Assembly: GCA_964016885.1 (NCBI GenBank)
Contig: OZ024758.1
Span: forward strand, 9,424,001 to 9,488,000
Origin: Eledone cirrhosa
Lineage: Eukaryota
Direction: 5' to 3'
Length of the DNA: 64,000 bases
Both the position numbers and the translations under genes were made by a program. Positions 31,442 to 45,690 of this stretch are shown here, piece by piece; the first letter of the stretch is position 1, and every line of letters begins with the position of its first letter. The notes under the pieces are model-generated. The model was not told the origin of the DNA. It ran no database searches and was given only the letters and a program-made list of their open reading frames with translations.

Positions 31442-33005
31442 GTGCGTGGCCTAGTCGTAACGATGTTCGACTTACGTGCGTGGCCTAGTGGTAACGATGT
31501 TCGACTTACGTGCGTGGCCTAGTGGTAACAATGTTCGACTTACGTGCGTGGCCTAGTGGTAACGATGTTCGACTTACGTGCGTGGCCTCGTGGTAACAAT
31601 GTTCGACTTACGTGCGTGGCCTAGTGGTAACAATGTTCGACTTACGTGCGTGGCCTAGTGGTAACGATGTTCGACTTACGTGCGTGGCCTAGTGGTAACA
31701 ATGTTCGACTTACGTGCGTGGCCTAGTGGTAACAATGTTCGACTTACGTGCGTGGCCTAGTGGTAACAATGTTCGACTTACGTGCGTAGCCTAGTGGTAA
31801 CGATGTTCGACTTACGTGCGTGGCCTAGTGGTAACAATGTTCGACTTACGTGCGTGGTCTAGTGGTAACAATGTTCGACTTACGTGCGTGGCCTAGTGGT
31901 AACGATGTTCGACTTACGTGCGTGGCCTAGTGGTAACGATGTTCGACTTACGTGCGTGGCCTAGTGGTAACAATGTTCGACTTACGTGCGTGGCCTAGTG
32001 GTAACGATGTTCGACTTACGTGCGTGGCCTAGTGGTAACGATGTTCGACTTACGTGCGTGGCCTAGTGGTAACAATGTTCGACTTACGTGCGTGGCCTAG
32101 TGGTAACAATGTTCGACTTACGTGCGTGGCCTAGTGGTAACGATGTTCGACTTACGTGCGTGGCCTAGAGGTAACAATGTTCGACTTACGTGCGTGGCCT
32201 AGTGGTAACGATGTTCGACTTACGTGCATGGCCTAATGGTAACGATATTCGACTTACGTGCATGGCCTAATGGTAACGATGTTCGACTTACGTGCATGGC
32301 CTAATGGTAACGATGTTCGACTTACGTGCGTGGCCTAGTGGTAACGATGTTCGACTTACGTGCGTGGCCTAGTGGTAACAATGTTCGACTTACGTGCGTG
32401 GCCTAGTGGTAACGATGTTCGACTTACGTGCGTGGCCTAGTGGTAACGATGTTCGACTTACGTGCGTGGCCTAGTGGTAACAATGTTCGACTTACGTGCG
32501 TGGCCTAGTGGTAACGATGTTCGACTTACGTGCGTAGCCTAGTGGTAACGATGTTCGACTTACGTGCGTGGCCTAGTGGTAACAATGTTCGACTTACGTG
32601 CGTGGCCTAGTGGTAACGATGTTCGACTTACGTGCGTGGCCTAGTGGTAACGATGTTCGACTTACGTGCGTGGCCTAGTGGTAACGATGTTCGACTTACG
32701 TGCGTGGCCTAGTGGTAACAATGTTCGACTTACGTGCGTGGCCTAGTGGTAACGATGTTCGACTTACGTGCGTGGCCTAGTGGTAACAATGTTCGACTTA
32801 CGTGCGTGGCCTAGTGGTAACGATGTTCGACTTACGTGCGTGGCCTAGTGGTAACAATGTTCGACTTACGTGCGTGGCCTAGTGGTAACGATGTTCGACT
32901 TGCGTGCGTGGCCTAATGGTAACGATATTCGACTTACGTGCATGGCCTAATGGTAACGATGTTCGACTTACGTGCGTGGCCTAGTGGTAACGATGTTCGA
33001 CTTAC
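31442..33005 (+). repeat. 34-bp tandem array (46 units) of the A-box half of SINE family 2
   Basis: Unit GTGCGTGGCCTAGTGGTAAC(G/A)ATGTTCGACTTAC; 1564 bp / 34 = 46. Preceded by GGAG and followed by the rest of the SINE (GATCATAATGTTGTGGGTTCGATTCC...), colinear with 12165-12300. Confidence 0.95.
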
Positions 33006-33259
33006 GATCATAATGTTGTGGGTTCGATTCCTGAACTGAGTTGTTTCACGTTGCTCCAGTGTACTCAGTTGAAAATGAGTACCAGCTATAGCAGGGGTTT
33101 TAGCCCCGTAATGGACTGGTACGCTGGTACCATTTAACGTAGTACAACCTGCTTCATAGTCGAGTGGTCAGTGACTAAACTGATTCTCCCACCAGACCCT
33201 GGTCTGGTGAGGAGGGTACGTGAAACCCCAGCAGCACAAAAACAAGAGCTTTTAAAAGG

Positions 33260-33930
33260 GTGAGATATATTGTGTGTATGTGAGATATAATGTGTGCGCG
33301 TGAGATATAATGTGTGTGTGTGTGTGTGTGAGATATAATGTGTGTGTGTGTGTGTGTGAGAGATATAGTGTGTGTATGTGTGTGTGTGAGATATAATGTG
33401 TGTGTGCGAGATATAGTGTGTGTGTGTAAGATATATTGTGTGTATGTAAGATATATTGTGTGTATGTGAGATATAATGTGTGTGTGAGAGATATGGTGTG
33501 TGTGTGAGATATAGTGTGTGTGTGTGTGTGTGTGAGAGAGATATAGTGTGTGTGTATGTGTGTGTGTGAGATATAATGTGTGTGTGTGTGTGAGATATAG
33601 TGTGTGTGTGTGTGAGATATAGTGTGTGTGTGTGAGAGAGATATAGTGTGTGTGTGTGTGTAAGATATATTGTGTGTATGTGAGATATGTGTGTGTGAGA
33701 GATATGGTGTGTGTGTGAGATATAGTGTGTGTGTGAGAGAGAGAGATATAGTGTGTGTGTATGTGTGTGTGTGAGATATAATGTGTGTGTGTGTGTGTGA
33801 GATATAATGTGTGTGTGTGTGTGAGATATAGTGTGTGTGTGTGAGAGAGATATAGTGTGTGTGTATGTGTGTGTGTGAGAGAGATATAGTGTGTGTGTAT
33901 GTGTGTGTGTGAGATATAATGTGTGTGTGT
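33260..33930. repeat. Minisatellite of GAGATATA(A/G)-(TG)n units of variable length
   Basis: Directly visible; begins exactly where the retroelement fragment 33127-33262 stops. Confidence 0.9.
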
Positions 33931-34482
33931 ACATACGTGCTCATAAATGATGGTGAGAATGAAAGAGTAGAAGGAGATACGGCGTGTGAAACCATCTGAA
34001 ACATAACAAGATTTTAATGTCGGTTTACAACACTGGAAATAAAGAATAAATTAATTGATTGCTCTTAGACAATGAAGATTGGACCATTTTCTCAGTCCTA
34101 TTCCAAAGTCAATATACCTTCCACTTAAACCAGCAGCCAGCGTCTCTCAACAATGAATTTTAATGGATTTTTCGCCTAACAGTCCATCTTTCATGTGTAG
34201 CATTTAGATATCTCAATATATTCCGGGAGTAGTTTTCTATTGGGTTTTCACATTATATACACACGTATACCTATACACATAAGGCCAAATAACACACACA
34301 TATAAACACACACACATACATACACACACACACACATACATACATACATATATATATATACACATGCACCATACATGCATACACACATACATACATATAT
34401 ATATATGTATGTGTGTGTGAATGTGTTTGTGTGGGTGTGTATGTGAGTGAATGAGTGTGTGTGTGTGTGTATGTGAGTGAAT

Positions 34483-34546
<64 letters not shown>

Positions 34547-35612
34547 GTGATGGCTGCCCATTCGTGTCTGAGGAAGACAATCACAGACTTAAAATGAATC
34601 GTGTTTCTGACAGTGACTTCCATAATTCCATCCTACTTCCACATCCCAAAGCTAAATATGTAGACATCAGAGTGCACAAGTGTGTTCTAATGTATAGCAT
34701 TGTGTTCTTTCTGTAATCGTCCAATAGATTTGCAAACCTTCTCACACGAACAGTCACGCCAGAGACAGCATATATTAAATATATAAATCTGAAAATGAGA
34801 TTTTGTATTATGAATGGATTGTTTTTGATTATGTGTCAGCGTCAGCACAATCGCCGATGATCTGAAGCTAAACACGAACAACAAAATAAACAAGAAACGA
34901 TAAATGAAAACTGGCGAAGATTTGGAGAACTTAACCTAAATTACTGTAAATTCTATGAATTGTTATTGTTTAGCCATACGACAGACTCGCGAGGACTTTA
35001 TATGTTTACGACTGTAAGGGTACGTGTAATTTGAGGGATATATATATATATATAGCTTCTATTTCTATTAAGTCGAACGACTACGTAGCGGGTAGATCGT
35101 CGGCTCGTGAATTCTATGATTTTTGTTTAAGGAAGTGGAAATGAGAAGTTGTAATGTTCATGCTATTCCCAGAGACATTTAGACACAATTCCATCAGGAA
35201 TCTAAATTGGGTTTAAAACTTGGCTTAAACTACTTCAGTTATTTTTTATTGGCTTCAAGCCATTGTACTAGGGCCAGTGTTGGCCCTTTAGGGATTTTGA
35301 GTCGGTTATGACGACCGCGAGACTTATTTCAGTTTTCTACATAACTCTCACACTTTGCCACTCAACATCCTTTTATCCTAGTAATTATAAGCAGAAATAG
35401 CTAAAGAAATATGCTCATAAACATCCTCTTTGTCTGCCAGTATGTCTCTCTCTCTCTCTCTTTCTCTCCCTCCCTCTCCCCCCCCCATCTCTATCTATCT
35501 ATCTATCTATCTATCTATCACTATATATATACATTTGTATCTTCTTTACATATTGAGTACTTTATTTAACTGTACTTATCTTTCATTCCTCTTCGGAAAA
35601 CCATTCTTAGTT

Positions 35613-35655
<43 letters not shown>

Positions 35656-35814
35656 CCCCCTTTGTATTTGTCCCCTTCTTTTGTGCCCCTGTGGCTAATA
35701 AAGAAACATATCTATCTATCTATCTATATAAGTTAAAACAAAAAAAAAAAAAACTATACCGAAGAGTGCAGTACAAAGTGTTAGTATTAGGTTCACGCTT
35801 GAGAGTGGGGAGTG

Positions 35815-35852
35815 GGGGACGACGTTTCGGGCACATGTCCTTCATCAGGAGA
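35815..35852 (-). ncRNA. Minimal hammerhead motif in a Penelope-like remnant
   Basis: Minus strand CUGAUGA-AGGACAUGUGCCC-GAAAC-GUC; helix I is poorly supported. Confidence 0.5.
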
Positions 35853-36931
35853 AAAGTGGGAAGGAAAAGAGTTCCGAGGGTGTGAAGGGGAGTAGTGGAA
35901 AGACATTAAATGTGCGGGGAGGGAGGGGGGATTAAGTCGACTCAAAATATATTAGTCAACTGGAGGCTACAGGAAAGATACTTGCCCAAAGTACAATGGA
36001 TGAGATCGAACTCGGATCAACGTAGCTACAAAGTGACCTGCTTAACTGTATATTTATGTCTGCGTCTATTCTTTTTTAAAATTCTTTTCTGCTTAAGATT
36101 TGAAACTGAATAGTTAACTGTTTTAAACTGAGCCACTTTGTTCGCAAAGGTAACGCTGGTATTTGTTAAAAGTTATTTGTTGGCATTTGACCAGCTATAT
36201 AGCTAAAGGCTTTATTTGTTTGCTTTATAAAATGTTTGTATAAATCTTCATTTGCTTTTTCTTGTTAAGACATGTTAGACAGAGCCTAAGAAGAGGACCA
36301 AACGTAGATATAAAGGTCAATAGCTTGACAAACAGTTTAGTTCGGTGATCTGTCAGATCGCATACTTAGCCAACGCAATGTGATATCAAGCTGATGATAG
36401 CTTTGTATATTCGTTTTTCTCAACATCATCTCCGTTAGGGTGGTCGTTGTTATCATGGACGTCATCAGTTCTGTTGTTGTTATTGTTGTTGTCGATACAG
36501 TCGCTGCAATTATTCTATTTTTAAAAGGGCAACTAATTATTTTTAAATTAAACAATAGTTAGTGATCATTTTATTATGGTTTGTAATTTTGTTGTAAATG
36601 AAAACAAAATCCCGCCGAGGTTAACTTTGCCTTTCATCTTTTCGGGGTCGATAAAATAAAGTACCAGTAATACACTGGGTTGATGCTGGCCTTGTGCCTA
36701 AAATAGAAACAATTATTATTATAAAAGTGGTGGATTGGCAGTAATCCGTAGAGCATCGGACAACGTGCTTTGTAACAAGAGTTATGTCCCTTTATGTTCT
36801 GAGTTCAAATTCCGCCGAGGTTAAATTTGTTTTTCATCTTTCCGGGGTCGATGAACTAAAGTACCAGTAAAGTGTTCGTGTCAAAATTAGAAATAATTTT
36901 TATTAAATTATATTTATATCTATATACATAA

Positions 36932-36993
<62 letters not shown>

Positions 36994-37995
36994 GGGAATA
37001 AGCATCACATCTTAGACTTTATATTCATTCGGTAAATAAGTTCTATTTTAGAAGTAAACAAAGGCAGTAGTTTTAAAAAAAGAATCTCGACCTTGAGTTG
37101 AACAACGATAATCCTTGACTACAATTAACAACTTAAATTAACTGACATATTCAAGGAAGCTAAAACAAGTGATAACTGACAGACAATACTTCTGAAGACG
37201 TAAAAACACTGTTTCTACGTTCTGTTTTTATTTCACTGACTCAGAGCAACGACCATTATTGCTTTCAAGTCCTACATTTCTTGGTCTATATTTTCTTTAA
37301 ACTTCCATAAAATGTCTAGATAACCATGTGGTTCTTAGTTCAATAACCCGCGTGGCACTTTAAGCAAGTGTCTTCTACTTAAGCCTCGCGGTGATCAATT
37401 TAATGTTGTGGGTCTATTGTCAGCTCATGTCGACATTTCTTTATTCGGAGGTCGATAAACTAAGGTTCCGTCCGTCTATAAGATAACTATTGGGCCGTGA
37501 TAATCGAATTTATCCTAGAAGGCGGTTCATTACTCTGTGCACAGCCCAATGACTGAAACCAGTGAAGTAATCTTTGAAAATACGAAATTAGAAATGAGTT
37601 CAACTTTGCTTTCTGTTCGTTCGGGGATGGTGTCCAGGAGTGTCCAGGAGTGGTGGATTAATGGAATCATAAGTATTGGACAATTTCTTTGCGGTATCTG
37701 TTCGGGTTCTTTAGTTCTGAGCTCAAATTCCGCAATTTGTGCAATTTGGCCACCGTGGACTTAAAACCAGCATAGTTGCTGATGTTTCATTCTGCAGTGG
37801 ATTAAAACTGCAGGGTGGAATTATAAAACAAAAGGATGCTTTTAGCTAGTCAAAACCGGCCACTATGGTAGAAGACACAGAGGGGGCAGCACAGTATGAT
37901 CCAACCCGAAACTATGCAGCTACGAAGTGAACTTCTTAACAACAAAGTCATACCTGTACTCAATAGAGACTAGTTTTATTATTTAAGGACGAAGA

Positions 37996-38398
37996 AAGGT
38001 GTTGGATTGGCAGTATCGGTAGAGCGTCGAACACCATGCTTTGCAACATAGACTTATGCCCCTTTACGATCTGAGTTCAAATCCCGCCAAGGTTAGCTTT
38101 GTCTTTCACGGAGTCGATAAAATAAAATACCAGTAACGCACTGGGATCGATTTAATCGACTTTTCCCTCCCCCAAAATTGCTGGCCTTGTGCCTAAATTA
38201 GAAACCATTGGTGGATTGGCAGTATCGGTAGAAGGTCGGACGCCATGCTTTGACGCATAGAGTTACGGCCCTTATCATTCTGAGTTCAAATCCCGCCGAG
38301 GTTAACTTTGCCTTTCATCCTTACGGGGTCGATAAAATAAAGTACCAGAAATGTACTGGGTAATTGCTGGCCTTGTGCCAAAAGTAGGAACAATTATT
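37996..38398 (+). mobile_element. Head-to-tail dimer of SINE family 1 (long form plus short form)
   Basis: Two consecutive copies. The whole dimer is flanked by ATTATTTA(A/T)GGACGAAGA at 37978-37995 and 38393-38410. Confidence 0.85.
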
Positions 38399-41300
38399 TA
38401 TGGACGAAGAGTATTTCCCTTAGCTTGTTGTTGTAATTGAGAATGACACGGATATTATAACAAGACATTCTGCCATTTTATCTGAAATATTTTGCCACTG
38501 TGTTTAGTCAAAACAAACCAATATTTGTTAAATATTTACAGAAATGATGATGGAAGGGAAAAAAATATTTCCAAACATTCCTGTCAATACACATTTCAAA
38601 ATATCTAAATGAAATACATCTGTTTTGAAATTTTATCTGATTTCTGTGAGTTAGCATCTCACAATAACTCACTGTTTTATCAATTGTTATTTTCCTGTTC
38701 TTTTGTCTTCTATTTAACACAGAAAGACAAAGGAGCTAGAGAGATAGTGAGAGGGATAGTAAGAGAGATAGAGTTAAGGAGAGATAAAGTTAGGGAGAGT
38801 GAAAGAGTGAAGGAGACCTCCTGAGAGCCATTTTGGAACGACACCATTGTTAACATTTTATAGTGAAGTGATTACAAAGATATCGAATTATTAATGAAAA
38901 TCTCCCTTAAGCTATAATTCTGTTTATTGCACCATTATTCCTATCATTTATCTTCTCCGTGAACTCAGCTTGACCTGTAACTAAGTTCGATGTGGTCTAA
39001 AACTTTCCTACTACAATACGAATGGGCTGAAACTTTCTTACACCGTTTAAACCGTTATAGTTAATGTAAAAGAAACTCATAGGTGGTGACAAGAGGAAAT
39101 TTTCCAGGTCTACCTTCTGCATGAAAAACTAATAGCTAAGTGAGGAATGTGGAATAATGCACTTAATTAAAATTACACTCCTCATATAAGGAAGGAGAGG
39201 TAACTCACATTAGTGACACTTTTTTAATTTTTTTTATTAAGAAAGCAAGTGGAGCAACTTCAAAATTGCTCTAAATCTATAAATTATCTCAGTCAAAAAT
39301 AAGATTCCTTCCCCCACTGTATGCACGTATGGTCTCACTATTCCTGGGGGAGTCGTAGGGGCACCGTTTTGATAGAACATTTTAAAACCTGGCGGAGCAC
39401 ATCCATTCTCCCTGTCTAAATGCAGCAGGTTTCTTCCAGAGAAGGAAAGAGAGAGTGAAAGAATGGAAGTCAGAAAGAGGAATATAGAGGAAGAATCGAC
39501 ACAAGTAGTAGACTGGTACTTTTTTTATCGACCTCGAATGGATGAAAGGCAAATGAAAGGCAAAGTTGACCTCGGCGCGATTTGAAACCAGAGAGTAGAG
39601 AGTCGTAACGAATATCTGGCGTAAACCCTTTAATTTTCAATACATTCTAATTCCGGAATTGTCCCCATACCTTTTTTGATAGGAACTCTCATTAATATAC
39701 ATAATTTTATAAACTAAAATATTTTATTTGATTCAGAATTACAACTGTAATGAGTAGATAAAACTATAGATTAGTGATAGATTATTAGACAAAGAATTGG
39801 CAAAGACAACTACGGAATATTAATAATTATAGTTAAAAACTGAATAGGGGTCATGCAGCTAGAAGTGAATTTTGGTCATTGACAACACTAAACGTGTTTT
39901 GGTCTGATAAGTAGCAAAACCTAGTCTTTCCAGTACTTACTAGACAACTGAGAGAAACGAAAGTTGGCTGAAAACTTCATAGGCTGACCAAGACACTCTC
40001 ATGGAATGACCAAATGGGGTTTATTTTTCAATATAGTCTCTGGAAAGAAACAATGCAATTATTGATAAGAAGAGTTGAAATTAATACATGCAAGATTTCA
40101 CAGTCAGCCTATGAACTTTTCAGTCGATCATCGTAAGAGAGTGACATCTTAAAATAATGGTTTCTGATTTAGGAACAAGGCCAACAATTTTAAGGGGAAG
40201 TCGACCCTAGTGTATTATCGACTCCATGACATTGCTATTTCTCACATCATTGCTATATGTACTCAGGTCAGTCCTAATTCAATAAACTTCTGATCAAAAG
40301 TATACAAGTCCTAACCATTCCGTCATTTAAATATGTACACTGTATTTACGACTGCATTCGATGTGTCTTTTACAAGACGATAACGTGTGATTTACAAAAG
40401 ATTTAACTACTATTTCCTGCAGGATGTAGACCACATAGAAGCTCAATTGTTGGCTTTTTTATCTGCTACTGTTCCCGGCCAAATACAATTTGTGATGGTT
40501 AGATTTCTCAAAGAAATGCCTTTCTCACCTTCATCAATTTTACTGTTCATTAGACACACAACAACCACACCTACTTTAGTCGGAATTTACAAAAATCCTC
40601 ACAATAAGAACAGAATTCCAAGTAAAAATCAGGCGTCTGATATCAAACTGAACCAATTATCGTCTTATTTTCAAATATCATATCAAATAATACTATTTTA
40701 GTTTTCATGTCTTCACAGTAACAAAAAAAAAAAAAAAAAAAAAAAAAGAAATGAAAGGATATCCTTTCGTGGAGCTAGCATTTCTTTTAGGATATGTCCT
40801 GTAATTACATACGATTGAAGATATTAACTAGAACGAGCTTCTTAAAAAGAGCAGATTCGTATGTTGCTGGAAGACGTTCTACGAGAAAGAAAATCAACAG
40901 AGCAATTCATTATAGGTGATGTTAACTGTAATATGGATTTTCCCAGAGATATAAAATAAAATATAAAATAATCTGTTTTCTATAATAAAAAAAATCTAAC
41001 CACACGTACACATACACACGCATATATATACTTATATATACACACACAGACGGACATACCCATACATAAACATCCACACACCCATCGTTATACATATATA
41101 TGTACATAATATATTCCCGCTATTGACATAACCACACACACACACACACACACACACAGCCATAAAAAAATCACCTATACACACCCGCGTATAGACACAC
41201 TCATATGCACACGTGATAATACACACACACTCACATACATAGAAACTCCGTTTTTTATTTGGAGGGGGGGTCCGTTTTTTATTTGGGAGGGAACCGTTTT

Positions 41301-42185
41301 TTATTTGTGTTACTGGTACTTTATCTAGTTTTATAATAATGATATTGGATGGAAACTAACTCTATATTGTTGTCGATAGAATGTAAAGATGGCGGAGTTA
41401 TCATAATTAGAAATAAAATACGATTAGTCATTGTTTCTTTTACAATGTAGCGGATAATCGTTGAATTATTTGTTAATCACTAAATATGTTCACCAATGGA
41501 ATACCGCTAAACATATAGATACTATTGACTATGCCTGGATACATATATACATTTACATACACACACACACACATATATATATGTGTACACGCACACACAC
41601 ATACACACAAACACACACACACGTGTAGTATGCTGTTGCGCATGTATGTATGGCATATAGTGCAGAAGTAAGCTGTGTATATATATGTGTATGTGTGTTT
41701 TGTTCTGATATACGAGGATGGGCTGAAAAGTTCATAGGTTCACTATGAAGGAATGATGCTAGAGCTGTGAAATCTTGCATGTATTAATTTCAACTCTTCT
41801 TATTAATTATCGCATTGTTTCTTTCCAGGGACTATGTTGACAAATAAACCTGATTTGGTCATTCCATGAGAGCACCTTGGTGTATGTGGACGTAGAGAAA
41901 ATCTCATTACAAAGAAGATAGAAATATATAGAAGGATGAGAGGGTGAGTTAGAAAGGAAGATATGACAGAGTAAGGAGAATAATAGAAGTTATAGAGAGA
42001 GGGAGAGAGAGAGGAGGGGGAGAACAAGGGAGAAGGATTGAGAGAGGGGGAAAGAGAGAGAGAGGAGGTGGAGAGAACAGGGAAGAATGATTTAGAGACG
42101 GCGAGAGAGAGAGAGAGAGTAGTTGTGATTAACTTTTGGTGCGGAGGTAGGAAATGAAATATTTTGGAATGAAGAGGATTAAAAA

Positions 42186-42374
42186 TAATTGTTTCTATTT
42201 TAGGCACAAGGCCAGCAATTACCCAGTACATTACTGGTACTTTATTTTATCGACCTCGTAAGGATGAAAAGCAAAGTTAACCTCGGCCGGATTTGAACTC
42301 AGATCGTAAAGGGACGTAACTATGCTGGAAAGCATGTCCGACCCTCTACCGATACTACCAATTCACCGCCCTTG
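42186..42374 (-). mobile_element. SINE family 1, full length with target-site duplication
   Basis: 15-bp direct repeat GAGGATTAAAAATAA at 42174-42188 and 42375-42389. Confidence 0.9.
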
Positions 42375-43112
42375 GAGGATTAAAAATAACGTCGGACGCT
42401 ACCTCAGTTCCTTGAAATATTTCTATTTAGTGCCACAAATATTGTATTTCTTTACTCATGACACATGCCATCAATCTGATAGTACAGTTTTATTATATTG
42501 TGTGCCGTGAAGGACATACAAAATGTTCTCTTTCCTAGGGCAATGTTGAACAGTATCTCAAACAGTTGTTACTTTGCCCCAATTCTGTTTTGATCGAAGA
42601 GACCTAATAGAAGAAAGAATTTCAGCTGGTTATATCGGGGGAGTCTTTCCTTTGGTCTCGTAACTCCTGATACAGTCGTAGGAGGAAGTTATCCTTAGAC
42701 CGGTCACCTAGTCTGAATGCTTGTAACAGAGTAAACTCTACCAAAGTTACACAATGACCAGGTGGTGTTGTTAAAGTGTGCAATAGGCTCCTATTTGTCT
42801 TGTCTTGTATTGTACGACATAAATGTCGTACATTTAAATCTATACACGTAAGTTTTATTTTGTTTTGGTCTTGATACTCCAAGGAGAGTATTTGACTATT
42901 TTATCAGGCACTGTGACCCCGAATCAACCAGCATCAAACATTGTACGTCGATTTCGACCGCCATATTGTTAAATAGTGGCAATTCTGCATGAACATATTG
43001 GTTATATTATTTTTTACATGGATAACACGTTTTTGTCTTACTTCCTAAGAGTTTATTTACATTTAAATAATCTACTATAAATTATATAGTATACACATAG
43101 CCACAGACGTGC

Positions 43113-43180
<68 letters not shown>

Positions 43181-43242
43181 GGTAAACATAAATAACAACA
43201 CAATCGGTACAGTATATATAACGCTTGAAATAGCAGGAAGAG

Positions 43243-43280
43243 GGTCTTAACGTTTCGAACGATACTCCTTCATCAGAAAA
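43243..43280 (-). ncRNA. Minimal hammerhead motif in a Penelope-like remnant
   Basis: Minus strand UUU-CUGAUGA-AGGAGUAUCGUUC-GAAAC-GUUA-AGA, with a palindromic AACGUU helix III. Confidence 0.55.
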
Positions 43281-43379
43281 AAGAATGAGGAATTAGATAG
43301 ATTGAAGGGACGGGCGGGTTGGAATTGGAAAAAAATGTCTTTAGATAAAAATAACAGGCCCTTTTATGTTGCCATCTCT

Positions 43380-43441
<62 letters not shown>

Positions 43442-44414
43442 CCGAGATACTCTTATGGAATGTCATGGAAAGAAACAATGCAGTTATTAATAAGAGTTGA
43501 AATTTCACAGTTTTAGCATCTTTCCTTCATAGTCTGCCTATGAACTTTTCAGCCCACCCATGTATGCCTGTATGTATGTATGTTTGTAAGTACAACACTC
43601 GATATATACATTGCTAATTACTTGCTCATGTGAGGTCTCTGCTGACTGCAGCTGAATTAAATATCATTTTATTTGCTCCATTTAAACTGTATAGTCGATA
43701 GCTGCTGCAGTACTGAACTAAATCATTGGTGAACCAAATCGGCGACCTGGTTTCGATTCCCAATTGGAGCTGTCTCTATCCTATTATATGAGATCAGCTA
43801 AACTATTAAGACGGCTTGCAAAGAAATGTTGTTGTTGTTTAACTTCAGGGCAGCCTCGAACGAGCAGAGATACGATCAAAGACATCAGATATTGTGTACT
43901 GCGAACTTTATTTCCTAATGCTTCCTTTTATCATTTAATACTTTAAAGAGTACAGGCGGCGAATTGGGATTTTGAATGTCAGGAAGAATGCTTTGTGATA
44001 TTCGTTTCGGTTCTGAGCTTAAATCTCGCCGAAGTCAACTTTGCCTTTCATCCATTCGAGGTCACTAAAAAACGTACCAGTCTAGTACTGGGGTAGATTC
44101 TTCCTCTATATCTCTTACTCTCTCTTTTCATCTCTGGAAGTAATTTGCCGTAGTCAAACGAGGAGAGGAGATGGGCTCCGCTAGGTTTTAAAATACCCTA
44201 GAAACGCTGGATGTCAATACAGCGTTCCCACGATTCCCTCGGGAGTTACAGCATACCATACATACTTTAAGGGGGGTGGGGGTGGATTGGCTGAGTCGTT
44301 ACAGCGTCCGACAAAATGTTTCGCAGTGTTTATTCTTGCTCTTTAGGTTCTGAGTTGGAATCTCACTGAGATCGAATTCCTCATGAACCTGTCACATGAC
44401 ATACCAGCTGACAC

Positions 44415-44708
44415 ACATAGGCTGACTATGAAGGAGTGATGCTGGATCTGTCAAATCTTGCATGCATTAATTTCCCCGCCGAGGTTGACTTTGCCTTTCA
44501 TCCTTACGGGGATAGATAAAATAAAGTACCAGTGATGCACTGGGTAATTGCTGGCCTTGTGCCAAAAGTAGAAACAATTAATTTCAACTTTCTTTTTATT
44601 AATAGCTGCATTGTTTCTTTCCAGGGACTATGTTGACAAATAAACCTCATTTGGTCATTCCATGAGAGTATCTTGGTGAGCCTAAGAACTTTTCAGCCGA
44701 CCCTCGTA
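44415..44708 (+). mobile_element. Mariner-type MITE interrupted by a 5'-truncated SINE (44474-44578)
   Basis: MITE sequence resumes after the SINE, and ATTAATTT is duplicated at both junctions. Confidence 0.85.
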
Positions 44709-44749
44709 CATGCATGAGTCTGAACACGGGTGCGTACACAGAAGGCATG

Positions 44750-45690
44750 TATGTGAGTGTGTGTGTGTGTGTATGCACGTGTATGTATGTATATATGTGT
44801 GTGTATGCACGTGTATGTATGTATGTATGTGTGTGTGTGTGTGTATGCACGTGTATGTATGTATGTATGTGTATGCACGTGTATGTATGTATGTATGTGT
44901 GTGTATGCACGTGTATGTATGTATGTATGTGTGTGTATGCACGTGTATGTATGTATGTATGTATGTATGTATGTATGTATGTATGCACGTGTATGTATGT
45001 ATGTATGTATGGTCAGGTCACTCTCGAGTGTTACTGGTAACATGTAGCCCAGTACAACCTGTTTCATGGTCGGGTCGTCGGCGACTAAACGGGCAACCCC
45101 AACAAGCTTGCTTGGTGAGGACACCCTGTGGGATGAATTACAAGGCGGAGGAACTCAGCAGAGTCAAGGGCCATCCAAAAGTGTGTAAATATGTATATAT
45201 AACGCTCTAACCACTAAGCCACACACCTTCATCGGATAACTTTAATGTAAATAAAACTAGTTTTCTTTTAATTAGAAACCTTCGCTATCAAGAGACTGAG
45301 ATGGGAAGTGTGAACACATTTAACTATTCTCATGTGCACACACACACACACACACGTACACACACACGTACGCACGTACACAGACAGACAGACAGACACA
45401 CACACACACACACACACACACGTACACACACAGAGACAGACAGACAGACAGACACACACACACACACACACACGTTCACACACACACACGTACACAGACA
45501 GACAGACACACACACGTACACAGACAGACAGACACACACATGCACGTACACACACACACACACACGTACACACACGCGTACAGACAGACACACACGTACA
45601 CACGTACACACGTACACACGTACACACGTAAACACACACACACACACACACACACACGTACACAGACAGACAAACAGACAGACACGTGTG
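44750..45690. repeat. (ATGT)/(GCAC) and (CA)/(CAGA) compound arrays, with an RTE-derived 5' fragment at 45011-45190
   Basis: Arrays directly visible; the fragment is colinear with 47521-47735. Confidence 0.85.

Noticed and set aside
31442-33005. CRISPR-like array of 34-bp repeats
   Set aside because: Units are head-to-tail with no unique spacers, there are no cas genes, the context is eukaryotic, and the unit derives from a SINE head.
42539-42882. 86-aa minus ORF and plus-strand AG...GTAAGT exon candidate
   Set aside because: No recognisable homology, and all plus frames after the candidate acceptors contain stops.
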